This document shows, piece after piece, positions 18,171-26,723 of a stretch of DNA of 56,792 nt. The notes under the pieces are model-generated. The model had not been told where the DNA came from, did not search any database, and saw only the letters and a program-made list of their open reading frames with translations. Source of the DNA: a virus (Duplodnaviria; Heunggongvirae; Uroviricota; Caudoviricetes); IMG/VR virus record IMGVR_UViG_3300045146_000225, positions 64,001-120,792 of that record; one strand, written 5' to 3'. Position 1 is the first letter of the stretch. Each line of letters starts with the position of its first letter. The position numbers and the translations under genes were made by a program.

Positions 18171-18265
18171 TGCTAACGTTCGAGGCTATGAGTAGTGCAG
18201 CCTTTCAAACCGTATCAATTTAGCACTACATTAAGTGGCTGCATTACTTATAGCCTTTGTTAGCC
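18171..18265 (-). other. attC-like site S8 (short class)
   Basis: AAC 18175-77, 20-bp stem AGGCTATGAGTAGTGCAGCC / GGCTGCATTACTTATAGCCT, GTT 18259-61. Confidence 0.88.
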
Positions 18266-18301
18266 ACATGTTTTTATTAATCATTTTAAAATTAAATAGA
18301 T

Positions 18302-18646
18302 ATGAGTACAATTTCAATTAATGGTAATACTTATTCAGGCAATAGTATTGTAGTGATAAATGGAAAAGTTATTGTAAATGGCAATGATGTTACACCTGAT
18401 AGTAAGGAAATAAACATTAAAGTTGATGGGAATATTAACAAATTAGAAGTTGATGCTTGTAATAAAGTAGAAATTACTGGAGATGTTTCAAGTATTAAAA
18501 CACAAAGCGGAGATGTTGAAATTACGGGAAATGTTACTGGTTCAATTCAAACAATGTCAGGCGATGTTGATTGTGGAACAGTCGAGGGTTCAATTTCAAC
18601 AATGAGTGGTGATATTAAGCACAAGCGTTCTCAAACTTGTGGCTAA
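18302..18646 (+). CDS. Cassette ORF: small beta-solenoid-like protein (T-x-S-G-D repeats)
   Basis: TQSGDV, TMSGDV, TMSGDI repeats; stop TAA inside the TAAC of S9. Confidence 0.7.
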   Translation: MSTISINGNTYSGNSIVVINGKVIVNGNDVTPDSKEINIKVDGNINKLEVDACNKVEITGDVSSIKTQSGDVEITGNVTGSIQTMSGDVDCGTVEGSISTMSGDIKHKRSQTCG

Positions 18647-18770
18647 CGTTACGTATATGGTAAGTTGGGGGATAGAATGCACAAACCTATCAACTTGCAA
18701 GAACTAAATAAATTGTGCTAATATAACAAGTTGGAACGACACCCCCAATTTGCTATATACATTGTTAGGG
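18641..18770 (-). other. attC-like site S9
   Basis: AAC 18645-47, stem GTATATGGTAAGTTGGGG / CCCCAATTTGCTATATAC, GTT 18764-66. Confidence 0.85.
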
Positions 18771-18789
18771 TGCGTTTATTTTTATCAAA

Positions 18790-19095
18790 ATGGAAAATTA
18801 CACACGAGTAAGAGTAGAATTAGATGTTATGGCTCAAAAATTAATTAGTCAATACATGATTAATAATGAACGAATTGAAAAAGATATTGAAGCTGGGATA
18901 AACCGAGCTTTTGAAACAATTGACTTAGAAAAAGAAGTTGAACGCTCCGTTAAAAATGCTATTGAAAAAGCAATAAAAGATTCCTCGGAATGGGGTAAAA
19001 TTCGAGATGCTGTAAAAAAGAAAACCGATGAAATTGTCGAAAGTTATATTGAAAAATCAATTTCTAAATTTAGACAGGATTTTCAAACGGAGTAA
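18790..19095 (+). CDS. Cassette ORF: hypothetical helical protein
   Basis: 101-aa ORF between S9 and S10. Confidence 0.7.
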   Translation: MENYTRVRVELDVMAQKLISQYMINNERIEKDIEAGINRAFETIDLEKEVERSVKNAIEKAIKDSSEWGKIRDAVKKKTDEIVESYIEKSISKFRQDFQTE

Positions 19096-19109
19096 AGTGT
19101 TTAAATGCA

Positions 19110-19240
19110 CCCTAACGGTGTCGCAGCTATGCAATGTGCGGGTGTACGAAGTGCTTTCGTATCCCACGTTACAGAACTTAGCTACGAGCTGAAAAGATTG
19201 CGTTTGCAGCACCCCGCATAGTGTATAGGTGCTGTTATAA
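19110..19240 (-). other. attC-like site S10
   Basis: AAC 19114-16, stem GCAGCTATGCAATGTGCGGG / CCCGCATAGTGTATAGGTGC, GTT 19234-36. Confidence 0.8.
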
Positions 19241-19272
19241 ACAGGCTTTTATTAACTTTCTAAATATAAATT

Positions 19273-19560
19273 ATGAAAAAAGAAAAACACACAGAAGGAA
19301 ATTGGAAATATAGACCAGATATAGTAGGCAATAGTTTTTATATTGAAACGGTTGACCAATCTCACGATAGAACATTTATTGGGGAAATAGGTGGAGGACT
19401 TCAATCTAAAATAGAAATTGAAGCTAATGCAAAACTTGTATCTACCGCACCCGAACTTTTAGAAGCATGTCAACGAGCTTTAGAAGTTTTTGAATCTGAA
19501 AATATAACAGGACAAGCAAGATTGTTGCTGGCAGTCGCTATCAAAAAGGCGGTTTTTTAG
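19273..19560 (+). CDS. Cassette ORF: phage hypothetical protein with NxxLxxxAPE motif
   Basis: HTEGNW...EANAKLVSTAPELLEAC; same family pattern as 15769..16077. Confidence 0.7.
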   Translation: MKKEKHTEGNWKYRPDIVGNSFYIETVDQSHDRTFIGEIGGGLQSKIEIEANAKLVSTAPELLEACQRALEVFESENITGQARLLLAVAIKKAVF

Positions 19561-19565
19561 CTTGT

Positions 19566-19642
19566 TTATAACTTACGTATATGCGTACCAAAGGTACGTA
19601 TATACTACAGACGTTTGTTGTATATGCGTACCTTTTGTTGCC
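19566..19642 (-). other. attC-like site S11, truncated by IS30 miniature element
   Basis: TTATAAC then the 70-bp segment shared with S4. Confidence 0.55.
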
Positions 19643-19942
19643 CTTAGATACAAGCAGTAAATGCAACTTTGGGAAGGGTAATAAAAATCAAATGTTTTCA
19701 AAACAAAGGGGTAATTTCTTACCCTTCATGGGAACGTGGAACAAATGAGAATATGAATGGCTTGATTCGGCAGTATTTTCCCGAGAAACCATCTTTTGAA
19801 AATATCACTGATGAGGATATTAAGCGTGTTAAGGATAAACTTAATACGCGACCGCGAAAAAAACATAAATTTTCTTCGCACATTGAATTTTTAAATTATA
19901 AATTTGCACTTGCTAAAGTTGCATTTGCAGCTTGAGTCCGCC
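19643..19942 (+). mobile_element. IS30-derived miniature element (300 bp)
   Basis: Near-identical to 16157-16457; tracked ORF 19669..19935 is its transposase remnant. Confidence 0.88.
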
Positions 19943-20064
19943 TTGGCTAATCTTGTAACCACTTTGCGCGAAGAAGATAAACTTTGCATCATTAACACAG
20001 GCGATGAAGAACACCGAGAACCACAAATTATTTGTTCAATGGGATTAACTAATGTTCAATAAGT

Positions 20065-23000
20065 ATGGCTAAGTTAAATATAGAAAATACACGAAAAGCA
20101 TTACAGTCATTCGACTTTAAAACCTTGTTTATTGAGGAATTGGGATGGAGTAACCCTTCTTCTTCGAAAGTAATTAATGAAACGATAAAGGATATTGTTA
20201 TAATTCGTAAACCCATTGCCGAATTGAGCGGTGCTGTGGTTTTTGAGATTACAACACCAACTGGTATTGTTCCCGAACCAAAAGAACGGGCAGCGATTGC
20301 AAAAGAAATACAAAAACAGCATTTTGAACATGTTTTGATTTTTGTTGACAGCGACCGTAAACAAAGCATTTGGTACTGGCTGAAACATCAGGACAAAAAA
20401 CTGTTGAGTAGGGAGCATTTTTATTTCCGACACCAACCAGGCGATGTGTTTATTGCCAAAATAGCCTCTTTGGTTGTTGACATAAGTGAATTCGACCGTG
20501 AAGGGAATATTGCTATTGCCGAAGTAGCAAGCCGTATAAAATCGGCTTTGGATATCGAACGGGTGGTTAAAAAATTCTTCCGCGAATACCAACAGGAATA
20601 TATTGTTTTTCTCGACCTTATCGAAGGCATTGACAATGAAGCCGACCGCCGCTGGTATGCATCGGTTATCCTTAACAGGCTCATGTTTATATATTTTCTA
20701 CAAAAGAAATTGTTTGTTGACAATGCTAACGCTAACTACCTTAACAGCAAACTTGAATTCTCGAAAAAAGAACTGGGTAAAAACAAATTTTACGAGGTTT
20801 TCTTAAGTAAATTGTTTTTCGAAGGTTTTGCCAAAAACGAAAGCCAGCGAAGCCCCGAAACCAATAAGCTGATAGGTAAGATTAAATACCTTAATGGTGG
20901 CTTGTTCATGAAACATAAAATTGAGATAAAGTACGATGGTAAAATAAAAATTGCTGACGAAGCATTTGTAACCATATTCGATTTATTCGACCGTTACAGC
21001 TGGACATTGAACGATACGCCCGGTGGTGCCGACAACGAAATGAACCCCGATGTACTTGGTTATATTTTTGAAAAATACATTAACCAAAAAGCATTTGGGG
21101 CATATTATACACGAACAGAGATTACCGAATACCTCTGCGAACAAACGGTTTATAAACTTATTCTTGATGCTATAAATGAACCCGAAATCGACCCTGAATT
21201 ATTTAAAAAAACAGGCTTGGATAAATTTGGAAACCCCAAACGTTACGATTCTATAGCTGAACTTTTACTGAACCTCGATGCTGCCAATTGCAAAAAGTTG
21301 GTTATGGGCGATGATGCTATTTTGCCAAACCTTAGTTTGCTCGACCCTGCCTGTGGTTCGGGTGCATTTTTGGTGGCAGCTATGAAAACGCTTATTAACG
21401 TATATGCTGTCGTGCTGGGCAAAATTGATTTTCTGGGCGATAAAAAGCTAACCGAATGGAAACAACAAATTGAAACCGACCACCCGAGCATTAACTATTA
21501 CATTAAAAAACAAATTATTACCAACAACCTGTATGGGGTTGACCTGATGGAGGAAGCTACCGAAATAGCCAAACTACGCCTGTTCCTTGCATTAGTGGCA
21601 AGTGCCGACACGGTTGACCAGTTGGAACCCCTGCCCAATATTGTTTTTAATATAATGAATGGCAACTCGCTTATAGGATTGATGCGGGTTGATGCCGGAA
21701 GATTTGAAAAACATCAGGGACAAAACCTCTTCCGTAAAAGTTATGCCGACTTGTTACGTGAAAAAAACATTGCTATTCAGTTGTACAAAAACCCGAAAGG
21801 TATTGACGATATACAACTGTTGAAAAACAATATTGAACGCCACCGCGAGGAAGTCATACCCATTCTCGACGATATGCTCATGAACGAGTTTGGAAACCTT
21901 GGTATTAAATATGAACAGATAACCTGGGACGAGAATAAAAACAAGGAAGGCAAGCCCGTTAAACGCAGCCTGAACATTAACGACATAAAAGCTCTTGAAC
22001 CTTTCCATTGGGGTTACGAGTTTTCTGAAATTTTCAGGAAAAAGGACGGGTTTGATGCTATTATTACAAATCCACCTTGGGAGGTGTTTAAACCAAACTC
22101 AAAAGAGTTTTTTCTTGCCTACTCAAATATTGTTTCGAGAAAAAGAATGAGCATTAAAGATTTTGAGCAGGAACAGGAAAAAATTTTACAAGACCAGGAA
22201 ATAAAAGAAGCATGGATAAATTATTTAAGCAGCTATCCCCATGTGAGTTCATATTTCAGAAGTGCAAAGCAATTCGAAAATCAAATATCAATAGTTAATG
22301 GTAAAAAAGCTGGTTCGGATATAAACCTTTACAAACTTTTCACAGAGCAATGTTTTAATTTGTTAAGGAAAGGTGGTTATAGTGGAATTGTTATACCAAG
22401 TGGAATTTATACTGATTTAGGTACAAAGCAATTACGAAAATTATTATTTGAACAAAATAAAGTAACAGGCTTGTTCTGTTTTGAAAACCGTAAAGAAATT
22501 TTTGAGGGTGTTCACCGTAGCTTTAAATTTGTTGTTTTAAGTTTTGAGAAAGGAGGGAACACTAAATCATTCCCTGCTGCTTTTATGCGCCACGATGTGG
22601 ATGAATTAACTAGCTTTCCAAAATATGGAGCTTCGGAGATAAGTCTTAATTTTATCACAAAACAAAGTCCTGAAAGTCTTTCAGTTACAGAAGTGAAAAA
22701 TGATATTGATTTTAGTATTTTACAAAAAACCATATCATTCCCCTTTGTAAGTGACAAAATATATGGCACATGGAACATTGAGTTGGGTAATGAATTTCAC
22801 ATGACAAACGATAGTAAAATATTTTTAACAAAACCAGATAAGAACGCATTCGCATTATATGAGGGTAAAATGATATGGCAATTTTATCATAGATATAGCG
22901 AACCAAGATATTGGATTAATGAAAATACGGGAAGGAAGTCAATTTTAGGTAAGCAAAAAGATGATGGTCAGATTTTAAATTATCAAAATTATAGACTTGC

Positions 23001-23544
23001 ATTTAGGGATATAACTTCACCAACAAATGAGCGGTCGATGATTAATACAATTGTTCCCAAAAATATCTTTGCCGGTAATACTCTTGTTTTATCAAAAAAC
23101 AATATTTCATCAGCAGATTTGTTATGTATTACTTCATTTTTAAATGGATATACAAATGATTATTTAATTCGTCAAAAAATTACTTCACACTGTAATTTAT
23201 TTTATGTCTATCAACTTCCCGTACCTCGCCTCAAACCCACCGACAAATGGTTCAAGCCTATTATTGAACGTGCAGCCAAACTTATTTGCACCACCGAAGA
23301 ATATGCCGATTTATGGGAAGAAACCATGCAAACCAAATGGAGCGAAAAAGTTGCAGCAACCAATGAATATGAACGTAACAAACTACGGGCAGAACTTGAT
23401 GGCATTATTGCCCATATTTACGGGCTTACCGAAGAAGAATTTACTTACATTTTAAGTACATTTCCTATTGTACCACAACCACAGAAAGTGGCAGTACAGA
23501 ATGCTTATAGGGATGTGATAAATGGGTTTATTAAACCTGAATAA
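20065..23544 (+). CDS. Large N6-adenine DNA methyltransferase (Eco57I/type IIG-like or DISARM DrmMI-like)
   Basis: GAYYT, LDPACGSGAFL (motif I), NLYGVD, IITNPPW (motif IV), C-terminal TRD-like region; no nuclease motif recognised. Confidence 0.85.
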   Translation: MAKLNIENTRKALQSFDFKTLFIEELGWSNPSSSKVINETIKDIVIIRKPIAELSGAVVFEITTPTGIVPEPKERAAIAKEIQKQHFEHVLIFVDSDRKQSIWYWLKHQDKKLLSREHFYFRHQPGDVFIAKIASLVVDISEFDREGNIAIAEVASRIKSALDIERVVKKFFREYQQEYIVFLDLIEGIDNEADRRWYASVILNRLMFIYFLQKKLFVDNANANYLNSKLEFSKKELGKNKFYEVFLSKLFFEGFAKNESQRSPETNKLIGKIKYLNGGLFMKHKIEIKYDGKIKIADEAFVTIFDLFDRYSWTLNDTPGGADNEMNPDVLGYIFEKYINQKAFGAYYTRTEITEYLCEQTVYKLILDAINEPEIDPELFKKTGLDKFGNPKRYDSIAELLLNLDAANCKKLVMGDDAILPNLSLLDPACGSGAFLVAAMKTLINVYAVVLGKIDFLGDKKLTEWKQQIETDHPSINYYIKKQIITNNLYGVDLMEEATEIAKLRLFLALVASADTVDQLEPLPNIVFNIMNGNSLIGLMRVDAGRFEKHQGQNLFRKSYADLLREKNIAIQLYKNPKGIDDIQLLKNNIERHREEVIPILDDMLMNEFGNLGIKYEQITWDENKNKEGKPVKRSLNINDIKALEPFHWGYEFSEIFRKKDGFDAIITNPPWEVFKPNSKEFFLAYSNIVSRKRMSIKDFEQEQEKILQDQEIKEAWINYLSSYPHVSSYFRSAKQFENQISIVNGKKAGSDINLYKLFTEQCFNLLRKGGYSGIVIPSGIYTDLGTKQLRKLLFEQNKVTGLFCFENRKEIFEGVHRSFKFVVLSFEKGGNTKSFPAAFMRHDVDELTSFPKYGASEISLNFITKQSPESLSVTEVKNDIDFSILQKTISFPFVSDKIYGTWNIELGNEFHMTNDSKIFLTKPDKNAFALYEGKMIWQFYHRYSEPRYWINENTGRKSILGKQKDDGQILNYQNYRLAFRDITSPTNERSMINTIVPKNIFAGNTLVLSKNNISSADLLCITSFLNGYTNDYLIRQKITSHCNLFYVYQLPVPRLKPTDKWFKPIIERAAKLICTTEEYADLWEETMQTKWSEKVAATNEYERNKLRAELDGIIAHIYGLTEEEFTYILSTFPIVPQPQKVAVQNAYRDVINGFIKPE

Positions 23545-23555
23545 TGGAAAGATTG

Positions 23556-23856
23556 CTTAGATTCAAGTAGTAAATGCAACTTTGGGAATGGTAATAAAAA
23601 TCAAATATTTTTCAAAACAAAGGGGTAATTTCTTACCCTTCATGGGAACGTGGAACAAATGAGAATATGAATGGCTTGATTCGGCAGTATTTTCCCGAGA
23701 AATCATCTTTTGAAAATATTACTGATGAGGATATTAAGCGTGTTCAGGATAAACTTAATACGCGACCACGAAAAAAACATAAATTTTCTTCGTACATTGA
23801 ATTTTTAAATTATAAATTTGCACTTACTAAAGTTGCATTTGCAGCTTGAATCCGCC
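23556..23856 (+). mobile_element. IS30-derived miniature element (301 bp)
   Basis: Near-identical to the other copies; ends 6 nt before the leuS ATG. Confidence 0.88.
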
Positions 23857-23862
23857 AGATAA

Positions 23863-26643
23863 ATGGAATACAACTTCAAAGAACTAGAGCCAAAGTGGCG
23901 TAAATACTGGGCACAGAACAAGACCTACAAGGTAGAGATAGACCAGAATAAACCGAAATACTACGTGCTCGACATGTTCCCCTACCCTAGTGGCGCAGGT
24001 TTGCACGTAGGTCACCCGCTCGGGTACATTGCCGGCGACATTTTCTCGCGTTACAAACGGATGAACGGTTTCAACGTGTTGCACCCCATGGGCTACGATG
24101 CATTCGGGCTTCCGGCAGAACAATACGCCATCCAAACAGGTCAACATCCCGCTGTTACTACCGAACAGAATATCAACCGCTACCGAGAACAACTCGACAA
24201 AATCGGCTTTTCTTACGACTGGGACCGCGAGGTTCGTACCTGCGACCCTGCTTATTACCATTGGACTCAATGGGTGTTCATCAGGATGTTCAACCACTGG
24301 TACAACAATAAAACCCAGAAAGCAGAACCAATTTCCGAACTCGTCAAAACATTCGAGAACCTCGGTAACGCCTCCATCGATGCCCCAAACAACCAGCCGG
24401 AAATCTTCACGGCAGAGCAGTGGAACTCGATGAACGACCATGCCAAACAAGGAACTCTCCTCAACTACCGCCTGGCATACTTGGCGAATATGATGGTGAA
24501 CTGGTGCCCTAAACTCGGTACCGTATTGGCCAACGACGAAGTGAAAGATGGACTCTCCGTGCGAGGAGGTCACCCTGTCGAACAGAAAGAGATGAGCCAG
24601 TGGTGTTTGCGTATTTCTGCCTATGCACAACGCTTACTCGATGGTCTCGACACTATCGACTGGAGCGAGAGTATCAAGGAAGTTCAACGCAACTGGATAG
24701 GTCGCTCAGAAGGTACCGAGATGAAGTTCCCGGTTAAAGGGTCTAGCGAGGTAATCGAGATTTTCACCACCCGTGCCGACACTGTTTTTGGCGTCACCTT
24801 CATGGTTCTTGCCCCAGAAAGCAAGCTCGTGGATCAACTTACAACACCCGAACACCGTGCTGCCGTCGACCAATACATCGAGGAAACCAAGAAACGAACG
24901 CAACGAGAACGAATGTCCGATGTCAAGCGAATATCAGGCGTTTTCACTGGTGCCTACGCTATCAACCCGCTCACCAACAAAGAAATCCCCGTGTGGGTAA
25001 GCGATTACGTGCTGGCATGTTACGGAACTGGCGCTATCATGGCTGTGCCTGCTCACGATAGCCGCGACTTCGCCTTCGCAAAACACTTCAAACTTCCCAT
25101 AACCCAAGTGGTTGTTCATCCTGGCGAAGAAGCCAGCAACCCGCTAGACTGGAGCGAATCCAAAGGCTCCAAGGAAGGGACCATGATAAACTCTGGCTTC
25201 ATCACTGGTATGGACGTGAAAGAGGCTATCGAGAAGACAAAACAATTTGTAAAGGAACAAAACATAGGTCAAGTTAAGGTCAACTATCGCCTGCGCGATG
25301 CAATTTTCAGCCGCCAGAGGTACTGGGGTGAACCCTTCCCAATTTATTTCAAAGATGGACTGCCACAAGTTATCGCCGACGAAAATCTCCCCCTCGAACT
25401 GCCTGCGGTCGACAAATACCTCCCAACCGAAGACGGGCAACCTCCTCTCGGACGTGCCAAGAACTGGGCTTCCCTCGATGGCTTCCCCTTCGAGATGAAC
25501 ACCATGCCCGGGTTTGCAGGCTCCAGCGCATACTATTTTCGCTACATGGACCCCAAAAACCCGAATGCCCTCGCATCTCCCGAAGCCCTCGACTACTGGA
25601 AAGATGTTGACCTGTACCTTGGTGGCAACGAACACGCTACCGGTCACCTCATTTACAGCCGTTTCTGGTGTAAGTTCCTCTTCGACATAGGCATAGCTCC
25701 CGTGCAAGAGCCGTTTAAGAAGCTCATTAACCAAGGTATGATACAAGGGCAATCGAAGTTCGTGTACCGTATCATCAACACGAACACATTCGTTTCATAC
25801 AACCTTCGCAAGCAATACGACACCCAGGAGCTTCACGTTGATGTAAATATCGTCGAGAACGACACCCTCGATACCGACGCCTTCCGCAAATGGCTACCCG
25901 ACTACCACAATGCCGAGTTTATCCTCGAAAACGATAAATATATTTGTGGCACGGCTGTCGAGAAAATGTCTAAGTCTATGTACAATGTGGTGAACCCCGA
26001 TATGATAGTCGACAAATACGGTGCCGACACTCTCCGCATGTACGAGATGTTCCTAGGTACTCTCGAGATGAGCAAGCCCTGGGATACGCAAGGAATTGAC
26101 GGTGTGTTTAAATTCTTGCGCCGGTTCTGGAACCTGTTTTTCAACGGTGGAACATTCTCTGTTAGCGATGCGCAACCCACTGCCGACGAGCTTAAAGTTC
26201 TCCACAAAACCATCAAGAAAATAACCAACGACATAGAGCAATTCTCGTTCAACACCTCGGTAAGTGCCTTCATGATTTGCCTCAACGAGCTTCAAGTCCT
26301 AAAGTGCAACAAGAAAATCATACTCGAACAAGTTGTTGTTCTCCTCGCTCCATTTGCACCCCACATCTCCGAAGAATTGTGGCAGCTTCTTGGAAATACT
26401 TCAACCATCTGCGATGCACCATGGCCCGTATTCGACGAGAAATACCTTGTCGAGAACTCGGTGAAATACCCCGTTTTTTTCAATGGGAAAGTTCGTTTCA
26501 CGCTCGAGGTTGCTGCCGACACCAACGCAGTGGAAGTAGAAAAACTCGCTCTTTCAAACGAACAGACTACCAAATATTTGGATGGGAAGACCCCGAAAAA
26601 AATCATCGTCATACAAGGCAAAATTGTTAACGTGGTGTTTTGA
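23863..26643 (+). CDS. leuS: Leucyl-tRNA synthetase, Bacteroidota-type, full length
   Basis: [15 protein letters not shown] (HIGH), editing-domain TTRADT and [27 protein letters not shown]; visibly GC-richer than its neighbours. Confidence 0.97.
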   Translation: MEYNFKELEPKWRKYWAQNKTYKVEIDQNKPKYYVLDMFPYPSGAGLHVGHPLGYIAGDIFSRYKRMNGFNVLHPMGYDAFGLPAEQYAIQTGQHPAVTTEQNINRYREQLDKIGFSYDWDREVRTCDPAYYHWTQWVFIRMFNHWYNNKTQKAEPISELVKTFENLGNASIDAPNNQPEIFTAEQWNSMNDHAKQGTLLNYRLAYLANMMVNWCPKLGTVLANDEVKDGLSVRGGHPVEQKEMSQWCLRISAYAQRLLDGLDTIDWSESIKEVQRNWIGRSEGTEMKFPVKGSSEVIEIFTTRADTVFGVTFMVLAPESKLVDQLTTPEHRAAVDQYIEETKKRTQRERMSDVKRISGVFTGAYAINPLTNKEIPVWVSDYVLACYGTGAIMAVPAHDSRDFAFAKHFKLPITQVVVHPGEEASNPLDWSESKGSKEGTMINSGFITGMDVKEAIEKTKQFVKEQNIGQVKVNYRLRDAIFSRQRYWGEPFPIYFKDGLPQVIADENLPLELPAVDKYLPTEDGQPPLGRAKNWASLDGFPFEMNTMPGFAGSSAYYFRYMDPKNPNALASPEALDYWKDVDLYLGGNEHATGHLIYSRFWCKFLFDIGIAPVQEPFKKLINQGMIQGQSKFVYRIINTNTFVSYNLRKQYDTQELHVDVNIVENDTLDTDAFRKWLPDYHNAEFILENDKYICGTAVEKMSKSMYNVVNPDMIVDKYGADTLRMYEMFLGTLEMSKPWDTQGIDGVFKFLRRFWNLFFNGGTFSVSDAQPTADELKVLHKTIKKITNDIEQFSFNTSVSAFMICLNELQVLKCNKKIILEQVVVLLAPFAPHISEELWQLLGNTSTICDAPWPVFDEKYLVENSVKYPVFFNGKVRFTLEVAADTNAVEVEKLALSNEQTTKYLDGKTPKKIIVIQGKIVNVVF

Positions 26644-26723
26644 TAAACCAAATGAAATAAAATCTTTATCAATGAGTTTTTAATTACTCATTTTCAAGAA
26701 CAAAAACTATTACAGTATTTATT

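Larger units (their letters stand above)
14427..19642. mobile_element. Integron-like gene cassette array lacking an integrase in the window (CALIN-like), about 10 cassettes
   Basis: 11 AAC...GTT-bounded imperfect inverted repeats alternate with single ORFs; sequence after each GTT is complementary to the sequence before the next AAC. Confidence 0.85.

Noticed and set aside
14427-19642. CRISPR array interpretation of the periodic repeats
   Set aside because: The repeats are not identical direct repeats, and the intervening units are whole ORFs of 200-800 bp rather than 30-40-bp spacers; no cas genes are present.
14427-19642. Plain terminators or RNase III hairpins as the full explanation of the inverted repeats
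   Set aside because: They lack U-tracts and would not explain the fixed AAC/GTT ends or the gene-specific complementarity between each cassette's two ends; an added RNA-level role is not excluded.
19669-23849. Tracked ORFs 19669..19935 and 23667..23849 as functional transposases
   Set aside because: They are only the C-terminal scrap of an IS30 transposase and lack the first catalytic residues of the DDE domain.
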